Shown here piece after piece: positions 1-10,272 of a stretch of DNA of 32,000 nucleotides. Numbering within the stretch: the stretch's first letter is position 1; every line of letters begins with the position of its first letter. Below the pieces are notes generated by a model. The model was not told the origin of the DNA and searched no databases. It was given only the letters and a program-made list of their open reading frames with translations. Origin of the DNA: Trichodesmium erythraeum IMS101 (GTDB lineage: Bacteria > Cyanobacteriota > Cyanobacteriia > Cyanobacteriales > Microcoleaceae); contig NC_008312.1 in NCBI RefSeq assembly GCF_000014265.1, positions 7,530,001-7,562,000 of the forward strand, given 5' to 3'. The position numbers were made by a program, and so were the translations under genes.

Positions 1-202
1 CTCTTAGGAAAATTAAAATAGCAGGAGTGGCTGAGTACAGATAAAAATCATTATCTAATTTTGAAAAAATCTCTCTTTTCAAATTCATCAGACTTGTTTA
101 GATTTGATAGTAACATTAATATTAACTACCAACTACCAAAATTGACAGACTCTCGGCATTGCACTTATGCAAAAATGTAGAATTCTGAAGTCTAGAAAAT
201 TT

Positions 203-244
203 TAACCACAGTTTTGAGGTAAGGTGAAATCTTTCCCCTGTGTT
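203..244 (+). repeat. Dispersed 42-nt intergenic motif, copy A
   Basis: TAACCACAGTTTTGAGGTAAGGTGAAATCTTTCCCCTGTGTT aligns gap-free with 20031..20072 on the same strand, 36 of 42 positions identical by hand count. Both copies are in non-coding DNA. Confidence 0.8.
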
Positions 245-484
245 AATAACAATGCTCTTTTTTGTTTTACTGTTACTGTATCCAATCTGAACACTCCTAA
301 AAGTTATAGTTATGCTGTGGTAGTGTCAGTATTTCAGTACAAAAAAAGTGCATACATAATCAGGATGTGCTCCATACATGATCCCTGGCTTTGAGCCGGA
401 TGCTTCTTTTCTAAAGAAGACGGGAATTCATCTCAGGGGAATTAATTTGCTGCTATCTTCACCCTAAAAAAAAATGGAAAAAAT

Positions 485-1666
485 TTATGGTACAGAGCGC
501 CGGCGTCGTAAACGACGTTCTTTTAATATTAGAACTTCTGCCTGATTTTCTTCTCTAGCAACCCTAACTAATAATCCAGCTAAAAGCAAACTACTAATCA
601 TTGAACTACCACCATAACTAAACATTGGTAACGGCAAACCCGTAGTTGGTAGTACACCAGTAGCAACACCTATATTTAGTAAAGACTGTCCTACTAAAGC
701 TACCATAACCCCAATGGCTACAAGTTGATGTTCCATCAGTCTAGCTTTGAAAGCAACTTTTAGAGCAATAACACTGTAGACAACTAACAAGATCAATAAT
801 ACTAAAGCTCCTACAAAACCAAATTCCTCAGCATATACAGAAAATATAAAGTCGCTATAGGGAATAGGGAGAAAATGTAACTTTTGTTGAGATAACCCAA
901 AACCACGTCCCCAAATATCTCCAGAAGCAATTGCTAGTAAACTCTGAACCAGCTGATACCCATCACCCATTGGATCTACCCAAGGATTTGTAAAAGAAAG
1001 AACTCGGCTTCTTTGATAATCATTAATACTGACACTAATAGTAGCTAAAAGAAATCCAGCTACAGCAATACCTCCAAGATAAAAGTAAGGTAGTCCAGCA
1101 GCAAAGGCAATAAACCATATTATTATACCACATAAAGCTGTGGTACTCAAGTTTGGTTGTAATAGAATAGATCCTAGTACCAAAGAGAAAATAGATAACC
1201 AACTTATTCTCACTAACCAAGTTAGATAATTCCATCTACTAAATAAATAGGCAGCTTGTAGTACCAGGAAAGGTTTGATTAGTTCAGAAGGTTGAATAAT
1301 GACTGAACCTAAAGATATCCAGCGAGTCGCTCCATTAATAGTGGTCCCTATTCCTGGTATCAAGGTCAGAAGTAGCAAACTCAGTATCAGAATTACACCA
1401 ACTTTGGCACTTTGTAATATTCGATACAAGGGGCTATATACAACTACATTGAATACTAGCATTCCTGCTAAAATCCATATTAATTGGCGTTTAAAGAAGT
1501 ATAGACTATCTCCGTATTCTGTTGCAGCATTCGCATATGAAGCGGAAAATAGTATTACTAAACCCATAGATAACCAAAGAAATGTTAACCATCGTAATAA
1601 TCTCGCTTCTATTGCCCATGTTTGGACTTTAGGGTCAAAAAAAGGAATTAAATAACGTACATCCAT
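485..1666 (-). CDS. ftsW: SEDS-family peptidoglycan glycosyltransferase (FtsW/RodA/SpoVE family), FtsW-like
   Basis: 393-aa polytopic membrane ORF with SEDS signatures (QPSELIKP, DFIFSVYAEEFGFVG, GVLPTTGLPLPMFSYGGSS). FtsW versus RodA cannot be settled by eye. Confidence 0.8.
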   Translation of the reverse strand: MDVRYLIPFFDPKVQTWAIEARLLRWLTFLWLSMGLVILFSASYANAATEYGDSLYFFKRQLIWILAGMLVFNVVVYSPLYRILQSAKVGVILILSLLLLTLIPGIGTTINGATRWISLGSVIIQPSELIKPFLVLQAAYLFSRWNYLTWLVRISWLSIFSLVLGSILLQPNLSTTALCGIIIWFIAFAAGLPYFYLGGIAVAGFLLATISVSINDYQRSRVLSFTNPWVDPMGDGYQLVQSLLAIASGDIWGRGFGLSQQKLHFLPIPYSDFIFSVYAEEFGFVGALVLLILLVVYSVIALKVAFKARLMEHQLVAIGVMVALVGQSLLNIGVATGVLPTTGLPLPMFSYGGSSMISSLLLAGLLVRVAREENQAEVLILKERRLRRRRSVP

Positions 1667-1690
1667 AATCAGAAGCCATAAGTTGGAAAT

Positions 1691-1708
1691 TAGAAGTCAG
1701 AAGTCAGA
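1691..1708. repeat. Short heptamer tandem repeat (AGAAGTC) about 2.5 copies
   Basis: AGAAGTCAGAAGTCAGAA read directly, followed by an A9 run, about 25 nt upstream of the ftsW-like start on the other strand. Confidence 0.8.
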
Positions 1709-2686
1709 AAAAAAAATTTCAGTAGGACCTATATAGAAGCTAGGTTATGAGACGAAATTTTCTATTACTCCAAAAAACAATAATAAACCCAGTTTTTTTT
1801 GTTTGGATATGTGAGTCCTGGTCATGGTTATTTCAACACAAGTCCATACAAATTAAAACCTACAACCTAATATCTAGTCTAAAACTTTCTTGTAAACGCC
1901 ATTGTAACCCATATATTATTATGAGACCAGTTATTAACTTATAACCATTACTTTGATATAATTTAACAGCTTTTTGCAAGACTCTTGATATTTCTATCAA
2001 AATTTATTGAAATTTATATTTAGCAATTTTTTTTCTAATTATTTTAATCAGATTTTTATTAATCCTTGAAATATAATTTATTATCATAAGTACATTTGTC
2101 TAATTGTGAGGGCTTTATCACCTAGTTAAATTAGATAATATGCAGCAGTTAATGCTATTTTTATTGTATTTTTTCTTGCTCTTTATATCACCCAAAATTA
2201 TCCTTCTCTATTTGAATAAAAATGTCTAATTATCAAATATCTTGCTCTAGGATTTTAACTAAGCTTAGATTGTATTTTGTAACGACATAATCTATAATAT
2301 GTCTTGCTATTTTACGGTCATTTAGTTACCAATTTATAATTAACAATTATTTTTTCATATATTGATGAAATGCATTTATCAGTAATTAGTAGCTCAGTTT
2401 TATATACTTATATACTTATATATATATTCAATGCATGAATATATTTATAATAAATATTAGTAATTATAGGGTAAATAAATTATGATATCCACACTAAGAA
2501 ATCACATTTGCAGAGAATTTAGGTACTCAAAAATAACTCATAGATTACTTTTAAATTTTAACTAGTTCGTAGTTCTATAGCAATCATAATTCAGAATGAA
2601 AATATTCCTAGTTTCAAAAAAATTACTAATTCATTTAGGCTCCTGAATACTAAATGCTAATTGCTAATCCCTGAAGACTTAATTTA

Positions 2687-3286
2687 TTAACTATGAATTC
2701 GTGGTTCTGGATGTAAATTACTTAGTATCTCACTTTCAAATATTGCTAACTCCTCTAATCTTTTCTCTACAGTTTTCTGTTTAAAATAAGTTGTAGCTAA
2801 AATCCAATAGACTCCATAATGTCTAGCTTCAGATGCCATTAAACTACTATAAAATTTTGCTAATTCAGAGTCATTGCAATAATCAGCAAGTAAGCCTAAA
2901 CGTTCGTGACTACGAGCTTCAATTAAACAATAAACTAATAATAAATCTAACATTCTTTCTGGCTCATTCCGCCGAACTTGACTATTTAAAGCTGCTCCAT
3001 AAGGAGAAGCATTTAAGGGAGCTAATGGAATATTACGACGTTCTAACCACTGGTTTACTTTTTCAAAATGTTCTAGTTCTTCACGGGCAATAGCTGTTAA
3101 CATTTTGATAAGTTTAGCACTAGAAGGATAACGAAACATTAAATTTAAAGCTACTCCGGCTGCCTTTCGTTCACAGTGGGAATGATCTAATAATATAATA
3201 TCTAAATTAGCGATCGCTTGGTCTATCCAAATTTGAGAAGTAGGTTGTTTAATATACTTAATTGTTCTTTTTTTTGATGGTTGCAT
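2687..3286 (-). CDS. miaE: tRNA-(ms2io6A37)-hydroxylase MiaE, ferritin-like di-iron protein
   Basis: 199-aa ORF with MiaE-type motifs DHSHCERKAAG, EELEHFEKV, EARSHERL and SEARHYGVY (paired ExxH di-iron ligand motifs). The start is 2 nt after the upstream channel gene stop. Confidence 0.8.
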   Translation of the reverse strand: MQPSKKRTIKYIKQPTSQIWIDQAIANLDIILLDHSHCERKAAGVALNLMFRYPSSAKLIKMLTAIAREELEHFEKVNQWLERRNIPLAPLNASPYGAALNSQVRRNEPERMLDLLLVYCLIEARSHERLGLLADYCNDSELAKFYSSLMASEARHYGVYWILATTYFKQKTVEKRLEELAIFESEILSNLHPEPRIHS

Positions 3287-3288
3287 AG

Positions 3289-4653
3289 TTATTCTTTATT
3301 TTCAAGTTTATAACGTTCTTTAGCTATTTTTTTAACATGAGCTGCAAAATCTGGATAATGTTCTAATACTTTTTTAAAATCATTTTTGTATAAAATAAAT
3401 AATTCACAGTAAGTTAATGTGATAATTGATGCAGTACGTCGTTTTTCATATACTAGAGAAATTTCTCCAAAAAATGTACCTGCCTCCATAGTTCTATATA
3501 TAGAACCAGTTTTTTCTGAGAAAACTTGTACTAACCCACGCTTAATAAAATACATTTCATTTCCCAAATTACCTTCACGAATTATATATTCATTAGGTGG
3601 TACTATTTCTGGTTTTAATGCTATTACTATTTCTTCTACAAAATGTGAAGTTGAGCCTTGAAAAATAGGCACTTTTTCAATTACCTCTTTATGCAATTGC
3701 AGTGCTAGTTTAGTTTTCAGAGGATGAGGTAATTCTTCAACTATATAATAATCTCTAATATCCCGATTTTCAATCCATTTATATTGATAGTAGTCTCTAA
3801 TTTTTTTTTGTAATTTCGGAGATATTTTGTTTTCCCGCATATAGGTTTTAATTTGGTGTAACTTTTCTCTATATCTGGCTTGAGCTGCATCTAAGTTAGA
3901 AATTAATGAAGATACATTACCAATAGTATAAGCATACATAGATATCCCTAAAAACATTACCATTAATGTGAATATTATTTCGATTTCTGTAGTGGGTGTA
4001 ATATCTCCATACCCAACAGTAGTTAAAGTAGTAATTGCCCAATAAAGACAGTTAATATATTGGGTTCTTGTACCAACTGATTTTAAGGACTTATTAATTA
4101 ACCAAGACTCTCCAAAATTACTTTCCCAACTACCAATTAGAAACCATCCACAAGCTACCCAATGAGTAATTAAAGCAATAAATATTATTAACTTACACAT
4201 TCTAATTAAGGTAGGCTCAATATTAATATTAGTTTCCCATCTATTAAAAATTCGATAAAACTGAGGTAAGCGTAATAAACGAGGGCATCTACACAACCCA
4301 ATAATAAATAGTGAATTTGGTAGCAAAATTCGTGCAATTAAATCTCCAGGAAAACTAGCTATTAAATGTCTTCTTAAAAGTTTATAAAAGTAACGTTGAG
4401 CTATCTTTTTTTTATCTTCAACATATTCTCCATGCTCAAAGTAACCTAAATGGAAACGAAGAAATATATCCGCGATTAGAATAACGTCTCCGATTAGATC
4501 TAATAAAATCCAGATGCCATAAAATCTTTTTTCAAAAGAAATTCTAAATGGTATCAGAAAAGCATTATAAACAGTAATAAATACAATTAATATTTCCCAT
4601 AGTCTAATAAATTTACTATCGGGAGCAAATATAGGTATTTTGAGTATAGTCAT
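3289..4653 (-). CDS. Cyclic-nucleotide-binding, voltage-sensor-type potassium channel
   Basis: 454-aa ORF with multiple TM helices, an S4-like segment with spaced Arg (RCPRLLRLPQFYR), the K+ selectivity filter TTVGYGD, and a C-terminal cNMP-binding fold (FFGEISLV...RRTASIITLT). Confidence 0.85.
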   Translation of the reverse strand: MTILKIPIFAPDSKFIRLWEILIVFITVYNAFLIPFRISFEKRFYGIWILLDLIGDVILIADIFLRFHLGYFEHGEYVEDKKKIAQRYFYKLLRRHLIASFPGDLIARILLPNSLFIIGLCRCPRLLRLPQFYRIFNRWETNINIEPTLIRMCKLIIFIALITHWVACGWFLIGSWESNFGESWLINKSLKSVGTRTQYINCLYWAITTLTTVGYGDITPTTEIEIIFTLMVMFLGISMYAYTIGNVSSLISNLDAAQARYREKLHQIKTYMRENKISPKLQKKIRDYYQYKWIENRDIRDYYIVEELPHPLKTKLALQLHKEVIEKVPIFQGSTSHFVEEIVIALKPEIVPPNEYIIREGNLGNEMYFIKRGLVQVFSEKTGSIYRTMEAGTFFGEISLVYEKRRTASIITLTYCELFILYKNDFKKVLEHYPDFAAHVKKIAKERYKLENKE

Positions 4654-5045
4654 TAGTCAAAGTTTTCTGACAAGGAAGTATTAATAATTTTTAACTATTT
4701 TATAGAAGTCAAAACTCAAAAGTTAAAAGTTATACTAATATCTTAAAATTTTTACTAAATCTTCAGTGGAATAGGTTTTTTTACAAACATTTATTACTCT
4801 TTAAATTATCAATAGACATCTCTAGAAAATACGGATTAAGTAAAAACGTTATATGCAACCTTCAAGAGCCAATAGCAGGAAATAATTCATCAATAATAGT
4901 AGGAACATGGATTTGATTTTTGATTCTTGGAAATTTCTAATATCTGTACCCTAAATATTTAATCCTATTAAATAATTTTTTATCATCCCTAAATGTGTTT
5001 CAAAAATTACTGTCATCTAAGTAATCAATTATCAGTATATCCTGG

Positions 5046-7298
5046 TTAAGCAAGTGGCTTAAAATCAGAATTTTTCTTGTTTATTCCCTTAGAACTAGAA
5101 GTTTTATTTCTCCCATTTTCGCCATTAATCAATAATTTTTCTATCGCCCCATACATATCTTGAGCAAATTTTTTTGGGTTCCACAAAGGCGCTAAATTTT
5201 CTGGGCTCTTAGACTTAACTAAACTATCAATATATTCTTGTCGTAAATTATAATCTTGACCTAATTTTACACCCCAATTAATATATTCTTCCCATGACCA
5301 TGATACACCTAATTTAATATCTAAACTTTCTAAAAAAGAATAACCCATTCTAGATAAAAATTGTTCTCCAGCATAAGTAACCACTGGCAAGTTAAACCAC
5401 AAAGCTTCTAAAGTATGAGTACCACCATTATAAGGGTAAGAATCAAGCAAAATATCTGCTAAAGAGTAAATACTTCTATGTTCTTCTTCTGTAGAAAATA
5501 TTGGCATAAATTTAACCCGATGAATGCTCACTCCCTCAGCTTTACAAGCTTCATGATAAGCAGATTGAAATACTTCTATATCTCCCAATGCTTTATGAAC
5601 TAAGATACTATTAGGAACTTGCTTCAAAATAGCAACTTGCCCATTAACTAAATCTCGGTTAAACTTCCTCCCCGATGCTAAACAGAGATAAACTATTTGA
5701 TCCAAACCTATTCTCTGAGATTTTCTTAAAGTAGTTTTACTTGTTTCTATTCTTTCAAAACCAGAAACTGCCACAAATGAATCTTTCATTCTCACCAATT
5801 TTTCTACATAGTATTTATCTCTATCTTGAGGGTGAGTATTCCAGTCGCAGAGAAAATAATTATCTGAAGATATATAAGGAGCATCAAACCCTAACCAAGA
5901 AATACAAATAGGTGCTGGTTGATGATAAAATATCTCTGTATTAATTGGTAAACTTAGAGAGTCTAAGTCTATCAATATATCTACTTTGTCTTGCTGAATT
6001 TCCTCAATAATTTCTTTGGCATCTGCTATTCCCTCAGGATATTTTTTCGGCACATATAATTTAATGGCAGCTTGACTAAATTTATGAGTTTGGTCATCTA
6101 TTTTTAAATGTTCCGTTGAATACAAATATATTTCTGTATTCAGATTTCCTAACTCTCGAATTATATCAAGACTACACCAACCTACAGAATGCCTACAAAA
6201 ATGACTTGAGATCAACCCAATTTTTAATTTTTGACCTTGAATAAACTCAAAAGTTGATAATTGTTGATAATGATCATACTTAAGTTTAAGAACTAATTTA
6301 GTATAAGCTTTGGATACTAACCTGTAGACATTAGAATTTGCTTTAATATCATCTCTTAAGTAAGGAATACTGAATAAAAAATTGCAATATAAAGACTTTA
6401 TTTCTACTGAATTTTTCACAAAATTTATATTTTCTATAATCTTAGTCTCCAACTCAAAAAATCTATCTTTAGCAATTTCATTTAACCCAGATACTTGATA
6501 AGTGCTAATCATATATATCCCGGTCATAATTGGATCCATTTCCTGACATTCTTGATAATATTTATTCACTGCTTCTCTTGCAACTTTATAATTATTACCA
6601 TCTCTAAGAATGCCACATAAATGTTGATGAGCTGTAGCGTAGTTAGGTTGAATTTCAATAGCTTTTTTCAGATTTTGAAGAGCTTCAGAAAACTTACCTT
6701 TATTTCTCAAAATCATTCCAATTTGACCATAAGCTTCTGCTAAATTTGGCTTGAGTTTAATAGCCATTTGCCAAACAGCAATAGCTTCCTCTAATTTACC
6801 CTCCTTAGCTAACCTATATCCTTCACTTAAATTAAACTCTACCCCACCTAAACTTGGATTTAATTCTAATGCTTTTTGTTGGGAAGCGATCGCCTGATCT
6901 GACTTTCCCAGATGCTCCCAAACCTTAGCCAAATTCCAATAAGCAGCAGCCATCTCTGGTTGTAGTTGAATAGCCTTATAGTAATTAGCTATAGCTTCTT
7001 CTAATTTTCCCTGGCGATAAAACATAGTTCCCAAATTAATATAAGCTTGAGATAAATCAGGATTAAATTCTATGGCCCGATAATATACACTAATTGCTTC
7101 AGAGACTTTACCTTGGGCTTGCAGAATATTTGCCAGAGTCACATAAGCAGGGGCCCAATTTGGTTGTAAAGTTAAAACCTGACGACAACAACCCATAGCC
7201 TCTGAAAATTGTCCTTGAGTATAGTAAAGTTCTGCCTGTTGTATTAAAGTCTCAAAATTTGGAGTTTGCGATATCGAAAAACTGGGGAGAGTATTCAT
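5046..7298 (-). CDS. TPR-repeat protein with C-terminal GT41 (SPINDLY/O-GlcNAc transferase-like) glycosyltransferase domain
   Basis: 750-aa ORF. The N-terminal region has about 6-7 classical 34-aa TPRs (AxxxYxxAlxlxPnxaxAyxnLg pattern). The C-terminal region contains DILLDSYPYNGGTHTLEALWFNLPVVTYAGEQFLSRMGYSFL, typical of GT41 catalytic domains. Confidence 0.85.
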   Translation of the reverse strand: MNTLPSFSISQTPNFETLIQQAELYYTQGQFSEAMGCCRQVLTLQPNWAPAYVTLANILQAQGKVSEAISVYYRAIEFNPDLSQAYINLGTMFYRQGKLEEAIANYYKAIQLQPEMAAAYWNLAKVWEHLGKSDQAIASQQKALELNPSLGGVEFNLSEGYRLAKEGKLEEAIAVWQMAIKLKPNLAEAYGQIGMILRNKGKFSEALQNLKKAIEIQPNYATAHQHLCGILRDGNNYKVAREAVNKYYQECQEMDPIMTGIYMISTYQVSGLNEIAKDRFFELETKIIENINFVKNSVEIKSLYCNFLFSIPYLRDDIKANSNVYRLVSKAYTKLVLKLKYDHYQQLSTFEFIQGQKLKIGLISSHFCRHSVGWCSLDIIRELGNLNTEIYLYSTEHLKIDDQTHKFSQAAIKLYVPKKYPEGIADAKEIIEEIQQDKVDILIDLDSLSLPINTEIFYHQPAPICISWLGFDAPYISSDNYFLCDWNTHPQDRDKYYVEKLVRMKDSFVAVSGFERIETSKTTLRKSQRIGLDQIVYLCLASGRKFNRDLVNGQVAILKQVPNSILVHKALGDIEVFQSAYHEACKAEGVSIHRVKFMPIFSTEEEHRSIYSLADILLDSYPYNGGTHTLEALWFNLPVVTYAGEQFLSRMGYSFLESLDIKLGVSWSWEEYINWGVKLGQDYNLRQEYIDSLVKSKSPENLAPLWNPKKFAQDMYGAIEKLLINGENGRNKTSSSKGINKKNSDFKPLA

Positions 7299-7609
7299 TG
7301 AATAATTTTTTTGTACTAATTAAAATTTTAAATTTATCATATTTAACAGCTTAGTAGAGTTTATCAAATATCCAAGGGTAAATATTTTTTTTATTCCCCT
7401 ATTCCTCATACCCCCAAATAATTTATCAAAATAAAGACTACACTATAAAGTAATATAATCATCCTAAATGATTTGTGAAAAAAACCTAGGGCATGCCTTT
7501 TTTCCCCTAGCCTTAGGAACAAAACCCTATTAGATAAAATATTATGACATTTGATTAGTGAATTAACTAATAGTTGAGAGCTAAATATTTATAAATAAGG
7601 AACATTTCA

Positions 7610-8287
7610 ATGATTTGGAAAAAATTTAATCAACCACAACTAAAAATTAAATTTAAACCCCAAATAATTTTGGCAATTATTTCATTCATTTTGGCAGTGG
7701 GAATGCCTATTAGTATTAATAATAAAATTCCTGCACTAGCTAGAACTGAAAAAAACTACGAAAAAAAATTATTTGAAACTGCTCTATCTTTTACTCTATA
7801 CTTTGAAGGTGGATTTAGTAATCATCCAGCAGATAAAGGTGGTAGAACTTACAAAGGAATCTTACAAACTGAATATAATGCCTACCGACGGCGAAGGGGT
7901 TTACCACGATTAGATATTACTCAAATATCTGATGCTGAACTCATAGAAATTTATCAAGATTATTGGGATAATAGTAGGTCAGCTACAATGCATCCCTCTC
8001 TTGCTGTAGTTATGTTTGATACTGCTGTTAATTTTGGTATTAACAACTCAATAACTTTTCTACAACAAGCCTTAGGTTTACCACAAACAGGTATATTTGA
8101 TCCTAAGACTAAGAAAGCATTGGTAAAGGGAAATAATCGAAATACTGCACTGCAAATTATTAATGAAAGGATTATTTATCGTTATAAAAGGGTACAAGAA
8201 GATGCAAGTCAGATGGCTTTTTTTTATGGTTGGTTAGCTCGTGATTATAGTTTGTGGGGGTATGTGCAAAAACTGAAAGATAATTGA
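7610..8287 (+). CDS. Glycoside hydrolase family 108 (N-acetylmuramidase/lysozyme-like) with predicted peptidoglycan-binding C-terminal domain and N-terminal signal anchor
   Basis: 225-aa ORF. It has the GH108 motif FEGGFSNHPADKGGRTYKGI, a hydrophobic N-terminal segment (IILAIISFILAVGMPISI), and a C-terminal LQQALGLPQTGIFDPKTKKAL resembling PG_binding_3. Confidence 0.8.
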   Translation: MIWKKFNQPQLKIKFKPQIILAIISFILAVGMPISINNKIPALARTEKNYEKKLFETALSFTLYFEGGFSNHPADKGGRTYKGILQTEYNAYRRRRGLPRLDITQISDAELIEIYQDYWDNSRSATMHPSLAVVMFDTAVNFGINNSITFLQQALGLPQTGIFDPKTKKALVKGNNRNTALQIINERIIYRYKRVQEDASQMAFFYGWLARDYSLWGYVQKLKDN

Positions 8288-8784
8288 GATGTAAGTATTT
8301 AAATGTTAGTTAAATTCAACACTATTCTCTATCAAATATTTGAATTTTATCAATCATATCTGCCGAAAAAAAATCTCAATAACTTTTAAATTTGCTTCTG
8401 TGAAAATATTCGTGATTTAGGTTGGTGATAATTTAGAATTTTAACTGAAAGATAATTGAGATGTAAGTATTTAAATGTTAGTTAAATTCAACACTATTCT
8501 CTATCAAATATTTGAATTTTATCAATCATATTTGCCTAAAAAAAATCTCGATAACTTTTAAATTTGCTTCCGTGAAAATATTCGTGATTTAGGTTGGTGA
8601 TAATTTAGAATTTTAACTGAAAGATAATTGAGATGTAAGTATTTAAATGTTAGTTAAATTCAACACTATTCTCTATCAAATATTTGAATTTTATCAATCA
8701 TAATTTGCCGAAAAAAAATCTTGATAACTTTTGAATTTGCTTCCGTGAAAATATTCGTGATTTAGGTTGGTGATAATTTAGAAT
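8271..8784. repeat. 172-bp tandem repeat, about 3.0 copies, whose first unit starts inside the 3' end of the GH108 gene
   Basis: AACTGAAAGATAATTGAGATGTAAG recurs at 8271, 8443 and 8615, an exact 172-nt period. The units differ at only a few positions by eye. Confidence 0.95.
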
Positions 8785-9143
8785 ATTATTAGACGCATAA
8801 AAACATGGTAGATAATTTAGATTTATAAACATATAATAAATATAGTTTTTGTAGTTTAAGGACGGCGATAAAGAGTTAAGTATTCCTCTGTGAACTCTGA
8901 GGAGTAAAAACTAGACACTTTTTTTCAACGCACTTTTTTCCACCTCAAAAAGCTAAAGTAAATATCAATCAATGCTTTGATATTTAATCAGCGAGTTATC
9001 ATTAATAGAAACCTAAGTAGTTAACCAGCAAGGCTGTCCACCTAACGCCATAAATATCAAATTAGAAGAACATTCGCGAAAGCAGAACAGACTTCTATCT
9101 CTCTATAAAACCTACTTAAATATTAACTTTAGTTAGCCATATA

Positions 9144-10256
9144 TAGCAATCCCATATTGGTCGCAACAGATATAATAGTAAGAATAACAGATCTAAGAAA
9201 AAGACAAAAAATGAATATTATAGATAAACTAAATGATTTTATTAATCAAACAAAAGAGTCTAAAGAAATTAAAAGGGCCTTGGCCGTAAAAATGACCTTG
9301 TCAGGAAAATCCTACCATGAAGTCAAAGAATTATTAAATGTTTCTCACAGTTTTATTAGTGAATGGAAAAACCAAGCATTATTTCATGGTGTAGAAAGTT
9401 TAAGGCTTCAGTATCAAGGGAGACAAGGTTACTTAAAAACGGTCGAAAAAGAGAAAACAATTGAGTGGTTGAGAGCACAAGATTATCTTAGGTTATCAGA
9501 TTTAAAAAACTACTTACAGGAGCAATATGATGTGGTTTTTGAGTCTAATCAAAGTTACTATAACTTGTTTAAAGAAGCGGGCATAAGTTGGAAAAAAACT
9601 CAAAAAAAGAATCCTGCTAAAAATGATGAATTAGTAGAAGTTAAAAGAAAAGAAATACAGGAATTTTTAGCTAAATGGCAACCAGAAATAGAAACTGGAA
9701 AGCTTACAGTGTTTATGATTGATGAATGTCATCTTCTATGGGGAGACATATTAGGTTATGCTTGGGGAAAAACAGATGAAAGAATAGAAATTGCAATTAA
9801 AAATGAAAAAGAAAGACAGACTTATTATGGAGCTTTAGACTATAAAACCAAGGAATTTCTTGTGCAAGAATATGAGAGTGGAAATACTAAAAATACTATT
9901 GAATTTATTAAATATTTGCAGAAGCAAAGACCGGGCAACAAATTGGCAATATTTTGGGATGGGGCAACTTACCATAACTCTCAAGAATTTCGAGAATATT
10001 TAATGACAATTAATCAATACTTATCAGAAGAAGAATTGTTGATAAATTGTACAAGATTTGCTCCCAATGCTCCGGAGCAAAATCCTGTTGAAGATATTTG
10101 GTTACAAACCAAAAATTTCAGTATTACTTTTTATCATCTTTGCAGTTCTTTTAAAGTAGTTAAGTGGCTATTTAAGTTTTTTGCGGATGGTCAAATATTC
10201 AATTTCCCAAAACTTTTTCAGTATGAAATTTTGCCGCAACCTACTTAGGATTGCTA
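9144..10256 (+). mobile_element. IS630-family (Tc1/mariner-like) insertion sequence, apparently intact
   Basis: Terminal inverted repeats TAGCAATCC (9144..9152) and GGATTGCTA (10248..10256), extendable imperfectly to about 24 nt. They are flanked by TA (9142..9143) and TA (10257..10258), the target duplication typical of IS630. A single DDE transposase ORF fills the element. Confidence 0.85.
9211..10248 (+). CDS. IS630-family DDE transposase
   Basis: N-terminal HTH-like region, then catalytic-type motifs MIDECHLLWGD, IFWDGATYHNS and APEQNPVEDIW (D, D, E, with E about 39 residues after the second D). The ORF track starts at TTG 9157, but ATG 9211 is the more likely start. The stop codon overlaps the right IR. 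Confidence 0.9.
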   Translation: MNIIDKLNDFINQTKESKEIKRALAVKMTLSGKSYHEVKELLNVSHSFISEWKNQALFHGVESLRLQYQGRQGYLKTVEKEKTIEWLRAQDYLRLSDLKNYLQEQYDVVFESNQSYYNLFKEAGISWKKTQKKNPAKNDELVEVKRKEIQEFLAKWQPEIETGKLTVFMIDECHLLWGDILGYAWGKTDERIEIAIKNEKERQTYYGALDYKTKEFLVQEYESGNTKNTIEFIKYLQKQRPGNKLAIFWDGATYHNSQEFREYLMTINQYLSEEELLINCTRFAPNAPEQNPVEDIWLQTKNFSITFYHLCSSFKVVKWLFKFFADGQIFNFPKLFQYEILPQPT

Positions 10257-10272
10257 TAGTTTAAACAATATC

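Noticed and set aside
1035-1655. ORFs 1035..1235 (-) and 1299..1655 (+) overlapping the ftsW-like gene
   Set aside because: They are off-frame or antisense overlaps with a well-supported membrane protein gene and have no recognisable motifs.
1747-1944. 65-aa ORF in the AT-rich spacer
   Set aside because: Low-complexity AT-driven composition, no ribosome-binding site and no recognisable features.
2833-3661. Antisense ORFs 2833..3093 (+) and 3419..3661 (+) within miaE and the K+ channel gene
   Set aside because: They are antisense to genes with clear family motifs. In an AT-rich genome they are likely chance ORFs.
8271-8784. Possible CRISPR array (also considered for 25311..27770)
   Set aside because: The units are directly adjacent with no unique spacers, the periods (172 and 138 nt) are far from CRISPR repeat-spacer geometry, and no cas genes are present. 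The 138-bp array is protein-coding.
9157-9210. TTG start at 9157 for the transposase
   Set aside because: It would begin only 13 nt inside the left IR. The ATG at 9211 is a more conventional start, although the longer form cannot be excluded without data.
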